Source of the DNA: Elsinoe ampelina
Lineage: Eukaryota
NCBI GenBank assembly: GCA_010093995.1
Contig: ML992514.1
Location: forward strand, 221,437-285,436
DNA: 64,000 nucleotides
Reading direction: 5' to 3'
Positions within the stretch are counted from its first letter, which is position 1, and the number at the start of each line of letters is the position of its first letter. Shown here piece after piece: positions 22,801 through 32,483 of this stretch. Under the pieces are notes generated by a model. It worked only from the letters and a program-made list of their open reading frames with translations. It had not been told where the DNA came from and made no database searches. Both the position numbers and the translations under genes were made by a program.

Positions 22801-23667
22801 GGCACCCAACGACCCACCCAACTCCCCATCCACGCCTCCATCTTCGCCTCCGAATCCGACGACCAGACTACCCCTGGCGACATCCTCGCCGCCACCTTCT
22901 CTGGCCCCCTCAAGAAAACCATCGCCTCCCTCATCAAACGCCAACGCACCGAACTCCTCCACCCCGAACTCGCAAGCGACTGGACCTACCCCTCCCTCCC
23001 AGGCTCCATCTCCTCCCTAACCACGACTACCACCAAATCCAAATCCGCCGGTGGCGCAAAAGACGACAACCCCGTCCTCTCCCTCACCAAATCCATCACC
23101 CAAGTCCTCTCCCTCGACCGCACCATCACGCTCGAAGCCCGTCTCCTCCGCAAAGACCTCCTCCACCTATTCGAGATCCGCGAGTTCTCCCCGGCAGGCA
23201 CGTTCGCCAACCCCTCCGCCTCCCTGCCTCTACCAGGCGGCGATCTCACGTGCGAAGAGTGCTGCGTCCCCCGCACGCTGGACCTATGCAGGGACACGGC
23301 GCTGCTGGCCTCCTCGTCCCCGAACCCCGGGCAAAACGAGGTGGCGGACGCCCAGGCTCGGGCGGCGTTGAACGTGCGCTGCACGAACTGCGACGCGGCG
23401 TTTCCCGCGCTGAAGATCGAGGAGAGATTGATTGCGTACGTGCAGGGACTGGTGCACGCTTGGACGACGCAGGATTTGCGGTGCGCCAAGTGTAAGAGGG
23501 TGAGGGTGAATGAGTTCATGGAGCACTGTAGTTGCGCGGGGGAGTGGGAGGGGACGGTGGAGAGGGGGGAGGTGGTGAGGAGGTTGGAGGTGGTGGGGAG
23601 TGCGGCGGGTTGGTGGGGGATGGGGATGGTGGGGGGGTTGGTGGAGGGGGTGTTGAAGGGGGTGTAG
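16897..23667 (+). CDS. POL2: DNA polymerase epsilon catalytic subunit
   Basis: 2256-aa single ORF. Exonuclease YDIETTKLPLKFPD; polymerase motifs LDVASMYPNIM, KVILNSFYGY and LELDTDGIW; C-terminal Cys clusters CEEC...CTNC and CAKC...CSC. Confidence 0.98.
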   Translation: MAYGAGRQSGGTFRRVGKNGQTSYGPRKSKTVDAGSLRSSEITSQNERLEATRLAHKIDESMGFERFEAGKKKEGWLVNMHSTSVEDGKVLGGRAGVDFYFLEEDGNTFKATVEYDPYFLIAVKHGKEPEVEEWCRRGFEGLVKTVKRVEKEDLQMPNHLLGYQRAFLKLSFANVTDLITVRREIQPIAEKNKSKMTAMDTYAEMASATAGIDMFDNDVEYDTRPGSILDASDFVVDIREYDVPYHVRLAIDMDIRVGKWYFVEAKHGKVSLKCNEEHLQRADPVVMAYDIETTKLPLKFPDSAFDQIMMISYMIDGQGFLITNREIVSEDISDFDYTPKPEFDGPFMVFNEADERALLERFFDCIKEARPTVMVTYNGDFFDWPFVEARASILGIDMYQEIGFRKNSEDIYVSNYCAHMDAFAWVNRDSYLPQGSRGLKAVTVAKLGYDPDELDPELMTPYASERPQVLAEYSVSDAVATYYLYMKYVHPFIFSLCTVIPLGPDDVLRKGTGTLCEMLLMVQAYQKNIVLPNKHQAPKEAFWDGHLLESETYVGGHVESIEAGVFRSDIPCKFAIDTTAIDELLHDLDAALTFCITVEEKKSLDDITNYEEVKSQIAERLMQLKDTPNRNECPSIYHLDVASMYPNIMTTNRLQPDSMVQESDCAACDFNRPGKTCDRRMPWSWRGEFLPAKRDEYNMIRHALENERFPAKFPNGLARTFQDLSVDEQTGLVKKRLQDYSKKIYHKIHDAKTMEREAIICQRENPFYVNTVRDFRDRRYDFKGKQKVWKGKTDSLKAAGASAGEVEEAKKMIVLFDSLQLAHKVILNSFYGYVMRKGSRWYSMEMAGVTCLTGAKIIQMARQIVERIGRPLELDTDGIWCILPATFPENFSFKMKNGKKLTISYPCAMLNHLVHAKFTNHQYQTLTDPANFKYETHSDNSIFFEVDGPYKAMILPTSKEEDKNLKKRYAVFNHDGSLAELKGFEVKRRGELKLIKIFQTQIFKFFLDGTTLEETYASVAKVANQWLDVLHSHGSTLADEELIELICENKSMAKTLDEYGAQKSTAITTAKRLAEFLGEQMIKDKGLNCKYIISSRPKNAPVTERAIPVAIFSSEESVKRHYLRKWMKDDPGDMDPRAVIDWDYYLERLGSVIQKLITIPAALQKVRNPVPRVAHPEWLDRRIRIKDDVFKQKKMTDLFTKQPLTDLDVNALARNPLDLEDFGSSALKKAKIAAVTQVHGSQKRKANAKPAAPANPYDSLPEKMPSITKNYSGWLKYQKQKWKIQKQARMRRRQLFGEKRVDATDAIGSFFRNQAEMLFISTWQILQLCETESPGEIRAFVLIDKKIHQLKVIVPRQLFLNLKEDDLPDVTIDGISAEKVTNFALPNGHPSAHLFKLTMPEHVYVRESDKLAMLFNHPSVEGVYEKQVPLELRALLDLGSTCTFDESQRGVLGKGLEQGFDLHSLHHVPPKDPYLNEAPLSYLYLYHVTAGDRQIYALFSTNKTEARIIILNRSRSEQTMPNVDRLYRDGLIERQDANNGEPWQDVFEYQEFLHFRTTQVTTKRRALQELGDAIKAMQKDETMAQMLVIQSQQPQMLKHELPMLNQFPTLPLRSHNADKQLPPLGWQGIAAKRIVGHYLDLGSWIAHLVGLSRYGNVPICNLESDDPRLLIDIAYARRLQKERVVLWWSSAPKPDHAGYEKDDILGALEAVEMPSVNNPGTYSSVCIDLSVKNLAINTILSAAVLNDAEGADSMGFMSAADRDSGGDTAHIQSENSFAQAGIVALREMVRTWWQEACTGSTMADVMVQHLVRWIESPSSFLYDRNLHYYVQMMSKKALQQLMAEFRRVGSHIVFASPGRLLLQTSKSEVGNAYAYSQYILKTVNSKPAFNFLDLAITEYWDYLVWYDEFNYGGKGCTEVVGEAEQELETIMHWQLATALPSILLPVFNEWVIAYLNLMHARKRPQIIEGTQRPTQLPIHASIFASESDDQTTPGDILAATFSGPLKKTIASLIKRQRTELLHPELASDWTYPSLPGSISSLTTTTTKSKSAGGAKDDNPVLSLTKSITQVLSLDRTITLEARLLRKDLLHLFEIREFSPAGTFANPSASLPLPGGDLTCEECCVPRTLDLCRDTALLASSSPNPGQNEVADAQARAALNVRCTNCDAAFPALKIEERLIAYVQGLVHAWTTQDLRCAKCKRVRVNEFMEHCSCAGEWEGTVERGEVVRRLEVVGSAAGWWGMGMVGGLVEGVLKGV

Positions 23668-23949
23668 TTCATGGATACGAAGGGAGATATTGTACGGCGC
23701 ATGGGAGATTGTAGATGGCGTTTGTGTTTGGGTTGGGTCCGTGGCATAGCGGGTGATTTTAACGTTTTGCATGTTTGGGGTGGGTAGATAGAAATGCAAT
23801 GGTTCTTGAGAAGTCAAGTCTGTAATACATGATGCGGCCATGTTAGATACTACCTATCCGACGCGAGCCCTTGTCCGTCCCTTCGCGTGGTGCTGTGCTC
23901 CTTCCCAATCCCCAAGGCCGTGATGGGTCATCCTAGTCATGACGGATCG

Positions 23950-26571
23950 TTACCCGCCTCGTTCACCAAACTCCGCTGCCCATTCCTCGAACTCCTTCAG
24001 ACCGGCCTTGCTCACCGATGGCCTGATGTTCAAAAGCGATGCCTCAAAGTCTTGGAATGAAATCGGCCGTATCTCGTCCGGAGACATGTCCAGTAGTCTC
24101 TCCCCTAATGCTCGGAGTGGTCCCATTGCTGCGTCCTTTGCTAATGAAGTAATGTCCGAACCTGAAAAGCCTGTGGTTGTTAGACTCATGTGTGCAAGTG
24201 GGAGATGTGTCACAAGACTTACCATCTGTCAATAACACCAGCCGCTCCAAATCTTCCTCCGCCAGACTCGCCCTCTGCCTTTCGAGCAGCTTTCGTAATT
24301 GCTGTTTCCGCGTCTCTCCTTCCGGTAGGGGGATATACTGTCTCCTCACAAATCTTCGTCTGGCAGCCTCGTCGATTAGCCACGGCAAATTCGTCGCCGC
24401 TAGTACAAGTACTCTGCTCGCATCGCCTTCTTCTTCGCCCGTTTTGCCATCCCCTTCGTCGTCATGCGCTATGCGTCCTGCTGCTGCACGCTGGAGGTCA
24501 CTCCAGCCGACCAAGAATTCAGTCTTGACGCGCTCCAAGGCATCGTGGCCACCTTCACCTCTTCGGCCGAGTAGTGACTCGATCTCGTCGACAAAAACAA
24601 TGGACGGACCGCACAGCTTTGCGACGGCGAATAGAGCACGAACGAGCTTTTCTGACTCGCCAAGGTATTTGCTCGTCAGACTGCCTGCGCCAATAGAGAA
24701 GAATGTGCTGCGACTTTCGCTAGCGAGCGCGCGAGCGAGCATGGTCTTCCCTGTGCCTGGCGGTCCGAAAAGGAGGATGCCTCTGGCCGGTTCGCGAAGG
24801 CCGCGGAAGAGGTCGGGGCGGAGAAAGGGGTAGATGACGTTTTCCTTGAGGGCGAGCTTGGCAGTAGAGAGACCGGATATATCATCCCATCGGACTGGAT
24901 CACCACGGACGACGACCTCGTTGAGTATTTGCTTGGCGGCTGCAGCGTCGATGTTCGGTGGGAGGTGTTTGAGGACAGACTCTTTCTTTGCCAACCAGAG
25001 AGCCTCTGGTGATGGTGGAGACTCGGGAGATGATTGAGGTGGCGAAGGATCAGATGATGATATCGACGGATCTAACGCTTTCGGCTTCGTCCTCGGCTTT
25101 GCTGGAGCAGTGTGAGAATGTTCCAGCACTGGTTGGAGCTCTGACGAATCAAGCTGCTGTCGTGCTTGAGTTGCGGCCACCACACCGACAGCTTTGCGAG
25201 GTATACCCGCTGTAGCTGGTCGATTGGCGGAAGGGGAAAGCGGCTGATTAGCATTGCTGGGAGCCGAGCTGGCCCTTTGATCCCAGCGACGAGGTGGTGT
25301 CGCTAGTGGAGGATGTTTGTACTTGCTCGGTTGTGGAGGCAGGTATTCTTGCCTGTACGTTGGCATGACCATTGGCTGTTTCGTTGCAGCTGACGGCGAT
25401 TCTGATGTATAGGCTGGTGGCTCGTCCACCTCTTCGTGTGAGAAGCTACCAGTACTGCCAAAACTGGCTGCAGAACTCTGATGTCGAAGTGCATGAGGTC
25501 GTCTTGGATCATCGAGTGATCTCCTAGCATCAGAACCGGATCCATACCTCAGATTCCTGTCACGTTGTGAAGGCCCATATTCATCGTCGCTGTACTTTCG
25601 TAGTACCTGTGGCACTGATGGTCGATCAGATCTCTGTCGTGTGGATCTACCCTCGCCATTGGTGCTGATCAAGCTGATCTCACTCGTGCCAAAGCCAGTA
25701 CCAGTCCAGGCTTGAGTCGCTGCTTTGGCAGCTGCAGGAGGTCTACTTCTTGTGCTGCTCGAAGTCCTCCCAGAATCTCTCCTGTCCTTTCCTGACCTCA
25801 ACGTGCGGAGCATACCCTTCTTTTCCGGACTTGGTGTTCGACTTGATTTACGTGTGGTTTCTGGTCTTGGAGCAAGACTGGCTGAGGGAGGAGGAAAGGT
25901 GGCAGAGCTAGCTGGTATTGGGCTGCTTTTTGTCCGGGCGTCTTTGGAACTACTATTCCGCGAGGTGAAGCTGGGTCGTTTGGTCGGCATGGGCCGTGGA
26001 GGTAGGGTCGGAGGCGGAGTCGGCTTAGGTATGCTAGCATAGTCTGCAGGTGGTACAGTCCCGTCACCAAGCCAGCCTGGAGTAGGAGGGGCGTCACTGC
26101 TTCCTGTTATTCCAACCACCGGTGTCGCGGAATTTGTGCCTTTCTGCCCTGAGAGATCCGTGGTTGATGCCTTCTTCGCATCTTCTCGGCTCTCTCTTAG
26201 TGCCTCGAGTAAGTCGACCCGCTCTTTACACCTCACTTCCATCTGCCGGAGGGATTCGTGGAGAGCCTTCTCGGTTTCGGACCTCGGACGCCATCCGGAT
26301 GGCAGCTTGTAGGCATTGTGGTAGTATATCGCATCGAGAGCGGATCGCCACGAGCGAAGAGCTTCGGGTTCGTTATTCTGTCGAGAGATTAGCGTTCCAT
26401 CGCAGTACCTTGTGCTTGCCTTTGTTGACCTGACCAGTCCATGATGCCGCAAGCGATAGGGAGCTGCGTTATCGCACTTACCTGACTTTCAAAGTAGACG
26501 GCCGTGGAACAGATCAGATAGCAATCATCGTAGGTCTTCTGCATCGAAGACGAAGTCTTTGAGCGTATCAT
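23950..26571 (-). CDS. Meiotic-clade AAA+ ATPase (Yta6/Sap1, spastin/fidgetin-like)
   Basis: Exons 26571-26482, 26377-24223 and 24170-23950 with GTAAGT...CAG introns. Walker A GPPGTGKT, Walker B FVDEIE, AATNLPWLIDEAARRRF, and a Vps4_C-like end (IRPSVSKAGLKEFEEWAAEFGERGG). Confidence 0.92.
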
Positions 26572-27488
26572 GTCGAGTAGCAAGGGTCGAGTGACTGCGT
26601 GCGCGGCGCAAAGTGGGGAGGGGTGAACGACCAACACTCCTCGCTGTCCACATGCCTAATTGCCTTGTCGTGGTTTTGGGGTCGTCGTATGTTGTGTGGT
26701 TTGGCCTTGTGATGAAGTGAATTGGGCACAAAGTCAAACATACCTAGTTTGGCGATGCAGGCAATGCTCCACCCATGCAATAATTCGCGGCAGGTCGTTG
26801 AACGAGTGACGTCGGTCCCGCGGGTTCGGCGCACGACCTGATTCGGAAAGGCAGAGGCACGTGACCAATTTCGAAAAGCACTGGCAAATGCAACCAAGGC
26901 TCTCAATCATGCATTTGATTTTGATATTTGAATTCCCATTTTCACCTCTGAGCATCAACAGCTGGTACTTGACCGGATATACGGGCGTGTGTATTTATGG
27001 TGGACGATTAATGATGATTGGGCATCTCTTTGAAGTGTTCGCAGCTGCAGATCATGACCCACTTGAACGACGTCACGCGTCTAGCAGTCGATGGGAGCAT
27101 TGCATCTGGTAGTATAGCTTCATACAAGTCTTCACAAAATTCACTGTACTCTGGACAATTGATTGTTCAATGACTCTGTAGAACCTGCATGAATATTGTC
27201 CACCATGGTGCCTGACTAGCCGGCGAAGATTCGTTTTATTGGTCGCGGAGTGATGCGCGTCAAGCTGTATACGTGCTAGCGGGGCTGTGGAGGGGTTCAA
27301 GGGTTCGTGTCGGCGATCTGCGGCTCAACTTGTGATTCCTCTTGTGATTCCTCAAGGGACTCACCTTCAACCTCTTCGAGCTCACTGCTGCGGCGACGCT
27401 GCTGCTGTGTGCTCTGCTGCAAATTGACAATCCATAGCTGACGATTCTAATCAATTCACAGAACTACCAAGCTCCCTTCACCGCAGCA

Positions 27489-29263
27489 ATGGACTCAAAA
27501 GATACGCCGATCAAGAACCTCAAGATTCCCACCACTCACACGAGCCCCAATGGCAGTCAGCTACCTTCACCTCGCGGAGATGTGAAGTCGCATTCTCAGG
27601 CCTCGAGTCCGTCAATCTCACAACGCTCCTCTTTCATCGAGACAATGCGCGGTATTCACCACGCTCCCAACCAGACGCGCAGCCCTTCCCTGTCGCAACA
27701 AGCTCTCCAAGATCTTATCAACAACCCACCTGTCGGTCTTCAAGATCCGGGTGAAGCCAAATTTGCGGGCAGAGATTGGAGGACCATCAAGATAGGCGAG
27801 ATCATAGACCCTGAGGAGGTGCGATTCGTCCATACAAGCACCAGCGTCGAGGAAGTTACAAAGGTATACCACCAAAAATTCCCTTCAACGTCATTGGCAT
27901 ATCAGGGTCCCCTGGTAGTTTATATGCGACATTGAGAGGGGGATTGTCACAACCATTTGGGCTAATCATGACCAGATCTTGACTACCTCTGGTGCACCCA
28001 ACATGGTTCTCATCCGCAAGGAGCGCAACATGAAGATTGCTGTTGGGGCGTTCGATTACGACGACCTGATAGCCTATCTTCTCCTGGTGACTGAGCTTGC
28101 GCGTCCGGCGGGAGCGGAGGATAAGGATATTACGAACGTCCTACAAAGAGCTCGGTCCAACAAGCCAATCCCTCTCGAGGATATCAAGTACATACTCAAT
28201 CGTAGGGAACCACCTGTCTACCTCGAGCATACCGCACTCCTTCCAAGGGCTGTCGAGATTTTCGGTTCCGGGTGCCACAGAATCATCGTGAGGAGAGAGG
28301 CATCGCTGAACGTGGCGGGAATCCTCTCTCAATTGCGCCTGGTGAGATTCTTTTGGGAAAACGTCAAGAACTTTCACGTCGTCGAAAGACTTCATGCCAA
28401 ATCAATCAGGGAACTCGAGCTTGGCAGCCACAGCGTCATATCCATCAAGTACGTTGTTGGTCCGAAAACGTTTGCCGAGGACAATACTGACGAGTTGTAG
28501 CGGGGACCAGCCCCTCAAGGAAGCACTCATACTGATCAACACCATGGGCATCTCCAGCTTACCTGTCCTCGACGCTCAGAAGAATGTCATCGGCAATATA
28601 TCTCATGTTGATGCACAGGTGCGAACTGCATTCCTCTTGTTTCAAGCGTCATGCTGATTTGGCTAGCTCCTCACTACCACCGCTGCTCTACCACTCCTGG
28701 ATTCCTCCTGCACACACTTCATCAGCGTCATCCTCTCGGAGAGGGGCATGGTCAATGGTCGCGACTCCTATCCTGTCTTCCATGTGGTTCCTCAGTCCAC
28801 CTTGGCCCACACGGTCGCAAAGCTGGTGGCGACCAGATCGCATCGCATGTGGGTGGTCGAGTCCGCCTCTCCTGCCAGCAGCGTGCCACCCTCGCCGAGC
28901 CTGAAGCCATCTACGAACGCGGCGCCTCCACCTCTGTCTCTCAGCCCGACCCGCAACGACACCCACCACACGGGACCGCCTTATACCCCTGCTGGAGTCG
29001 CGGTGAGCAGCGGCCAGCTACCAGGAGCCAATCTCAGCGGTCGTCTCACAGGCGTGATCAGCTTGACGGATGTGCTGAATCTCTACGCTCGAGCCAGCGG
29101 TCTTTCTCCTGCGGACCCGGAACTGCAGAGGCGCCGCAGGAGGACAAGCAGTAGCAGTAGCGTTAGGAGCGCAAGCGTCAGGGGTAGTCTCGACGGAGGT
29201 GGTAGTCGCACTAGCATGGATATGGCCAGGAGCATTGGGGACGTCAGTGGTCCAAGGAGGTAG
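27489..29263 (+). CDS. SDS23: Sds23/Moc1-like CBS-domain protein
   Basis: Exons approximately 27489-27863, 27976-28448, 28501-28618 and 28667-29263. Motifs [82 protein letters not shown]. Confidence 0.9.
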
Positions 29264-29853
29264 CGGAGTCCTGCCAGGATACTGCAAAGACGGTGAGAAA
29301 TCACTACACAAAAGGTGCGATGGGCAAGCACCGGTAATGGATCACGACACTGGTATGGGAGCTTCATGTCATCACGAGCTGCATGGCGGACGGCGTTTAC
29401 ACGGGATGGCCAGCAAAGAGCCGTCGTGATGATTGAAGCTTTGGGATAGATAGGCACGGCAACATACTCTGCCATTGAATGGATCTCTTTTCCATCGGAC
29501 AAGTATCAGGCCAGGGACAATAACGTCTGGGGGGCAGAAAGGCATGATCTGGGGAAGGACGGGGGGACAGAGATCCTTTTCTTGGGATGGCGGAAGTGCT
29601 TCTCCACACTTTCTCCACCTTTCCGACAGGCAAATTTGTTCACTCCGATTGGTCAAGCACACTCCAAAAACCTTCTCCTACGCCTTCACGATATGAATCG
29701 GATGAAAACCATCTCCGCGTTGCCTTGGACTTGCGAACCGTCCCCCAGCCGAGTTGCACAAAAGGTAATTGCATATATATTGCTTTGAAGGTCCCAGGTT
29801 TGTTCTAGTCTTCTTTCCAAGTATCACCATAAACCCTAACATATCCATCCAAC

Positions 29854-31367
29854 ATGATATCTGTTTACATGGTTGCAGCCGCCTGGCTCGGCTTAGTAGT
29901 ACTTTACAAGCTCACTATCACTCTACGCGACGCCTACTTTACTCCTCCGCGTGCTGTACCTGGACCATGGTACGCACCACTGACAGCTCTGCGTCTCAAA
30001 TACGCCGTCATTACCGGTACCCGGACCGACTACATCCACTCGCTCCATCAGCGCTATGGCTCCTTCGTCCGCATCTCCCCTAGTGAGACCTCAGTCGCAG
30101 ACCTACCAGCGACAAAGGAGATTCATCGCATTGGAGCCGGCTTCACCAAGGCAGAGATGTATCGTAATATGCGGACTGGAGCACCAGATGGACCCGAGGG
30201 TGTCTTCACCATGGTCGCGCCAAAGCAGCATGCCGCACGAAGGAAGTTACTAGCCAGAGGCTTCTCACAGATCTCTTTGCGAGAGAGATGGGAGCCTCTT
30301 GTGCATGAGCGTGTAAAGCTGGCAGTCAGCCGGATGAGGGAGGAGACAGCACGGGAGGGCAAGGCCGACGTGCTCAAGTGGTGGCTCTTCATGGCAACGG
30401 ATGTCAGTGCACACGTTATGTTCGGTGACTCGTTCCACATGCTTGAGAAAGGCGAAATAAGTGGCTTCCGTTCTGGTCTTTACAGCCCACTCACCCCTAC
30501 CAGAAAGTCGACTACATCAAGGCCATCGAAAACTCCATGCTCGGCACGGCCATGCTGTCCGAACTCCCCCTCATCCACAAAATCTGCCGCCTTATCCCCC
30601 TAACCTCCTTCCGCAACATCTTCCACGCCAACCAGATCCTGCTCTCCCAAGGCCGCCTCGCCATGCGCACCATCAAATCCACCCAACACACGTCCAACAT
30701 CTTCGACCAAATCGTCGCCCAGTCCGAAAAAGGCGACTCCCTCCTCACCGAAGAAGAAGTAGTCTCCGAAGCCGCCAACCTCATCCTCGCCGGCACCGAC
30801 ACAACAGCCAACACAGCAACCTACATGACCTGGGCCATCCTCTCGCACCCCTCCGCCCTGGCCTCCCTCCGCGCCGAACTAGCCACCGTCCCCTCCCCCT
30901 ACTCCGACGCCAAACTCGAACCCCTCCCCGTCCTCTCCGCCTGCATAGAAGAAACCCTTCGCCTCTACGGCGCCGCCCCCTCCAGCGAACCCCGCACCGT
31001 CCCCGACGGCGGCGCCAAACTCGGCCCGTATTTCTTCCCCGCCAGCACGACGGTCAGCACCCAGGCGTGGACACCGCATCGCCACCCGGAGATCTTCCCG
31101 GAGCCGGAGAAGTTTGACGTCAAGCGGTGGTTGGACGGGAGGGCGACGGACGCGATGAGGGCGGCCATGGCGCCGTTCGGGCATGGGAGCAGGGTTTGTC
31201 TTGGGGTGCATCTGGCCAGGATGGAGTTGCGGTTAGCGGCGGCGGAGTTTTTCGGGGAGTGTGAGGGGGCAAGAGTGCATGAGAGTACGACGGGGGAGAC
31301 AATGGGAGTCGTGAATCATTTCTTGATCGCGCCGAGGGGGGGCAGGTGTGATATTGTCGTTGAATAG
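29854..31367 (+). CDS. Cytochrome P450 monooxygenase (one intron with atypical donor)
   Basis: N-terminal TM helix, PGPW, LHQRYGSFVRISP, I-helix AGTDTT, EETLR and heme motif PFGHGSRVCLG. The two ORFs need an intron at about 30457-30503. Confidence 0.9.
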
Positions 31368-31490
31368 AGAGGTGGTCGGGTGATCAGGTAGGGTGGATGT
31401 ACCCTGGTAGGACTGGAGGTAGACTGATAGAAGCACACTGTGGCAGTACAGATAGGACCAGGTTTTTAGAACCACAAGCAGAAAACCTCT

Positions 31491-31889
31491 TCACTTCCCC
31501 ACCGCCAACCCCTCCACCTGTACCCTCCTCAACACCTCCCCCACCCACGTCCCACAGTCCCCTGCGGGCGGCTCCGGCTTCGCCTCGTACAAAACCCTCT
31601 CGTCCCACGGCGGCGGCGTCCCCTCGGCAATCTCCTCAAACTCCCCCAACGATCCCTTCTCGATCGTACAGACCAGTTCTTTCCCGCGGAACTCGGGTAC
31701 CTGGCCGAAGGTGTACGCGGGTCTGCGCTCGTACTCCATCCCTGACCCGACGTTGCCCGTGACGTGGTAGAAGCGGCCTGCTGTCTGCCCTTCTTGTTGG
31801 GCGGGGACGAGGGCGATGCCTTGGTGGTCGGTGCCCGAGGGTTGGCGGAGGTGGACGCGGTAGATGTTGTAGTGGGTTGTTTCGGCCAT
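31491..31889 (-). CDS. Small fungal protein, DUF6540-like
   Basis: 132 aa with YNIYRV...DHQGIAL...GRFYHVTGNVGSGMEYE...PPP...DCGTWVGEVL. The pattern resembles the DUF6540 family from memory. Confidence 0.65.
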   Translation of the reverse strand: MAETTHYNIYRVHLRQPSGTDHQGIALVPAQQEGQTAGRFYHVTGNVGSGMEYERRPAYTFGQVPEFRGKELVCTIEKGSLGEFEEIAEGTPPPWDERVLYEAKPEPPAGDCGTWVGEVLRRVQVEGLAVGK

Positions 31890-32225
31890 GGAGGTCTGTT
31901 TCTGGTCGGGATGCTAGCTGGGAGGTATTCTTGCGGGTGGGTATTCTCCCTAGTATGAATTTCTCGGGGGTAAGAGCATAGGACGAGTATGAATCTCTCT
32001 GGTGGGAGCATGGGATGGGAAGGAGAATACCTCTCTGACTTACTTTGGGATTGGGAGTGAAGGCGATGTGGTTGTACATGGTGCCTGATTGTGGCACGAC
32101 TGTCGGATCCGAAAGCAGGTCACGTGCCTGCCCCGCCTTTGGGCAGAATTCTGCTGGGTTCCAGAAATATCTGAAGTCGACCACCATCACAACTCAAGCT
32201 TGACACGACTCTAGGCAATCTAAGC

Positions 32226-32483
32226 ATGTCTTCGCACGCAAAGGAAAGCACTACGACAGCCTCGGACAAAGCTGGCGAGCAAGCTTTCACAGACTACTAC
32301 CTCCGGCAAGCCACAAAAGAATTCGGCGACGACCTCGCCAAACTGCAAAAAGCCCCCGATTTCAAGAACGGCAGTCTGGAAATCATTGTCGAAGCGCTGA
32401 AGCAAGGCCGCACGACCATCAGCGAAAAGGACCGCGCTCGCATTGGCAGGACCGTACTGGAGAAGAGCGACAAGGAGGAATGA
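32226..32483 (+). CDS. RSA3: Ribosome assembly protein 3 (Rsa3) domain protein
   Basis: FTDYYLRQATKEFGDDLAKLQKAPDFKNGSLEIIVEALKQG matches the Rsa3 motif as I recall it; 85 aa. Confidence 0.78.
   Translation: MSSHAKESTTTASDKAGEQAFTDYYLRQATKEFGDDLAKLQKAPDFKNGSLEIIVEALKQGRTTISEKDRARIGRTVLEKSDKEE

Noticed and set aside
27005..27215. ATGATGA box C-like motif (possible snoRNA)
   Set aside because: No suitably spaced box D with a terminal stem or identifiable rRNA guide.
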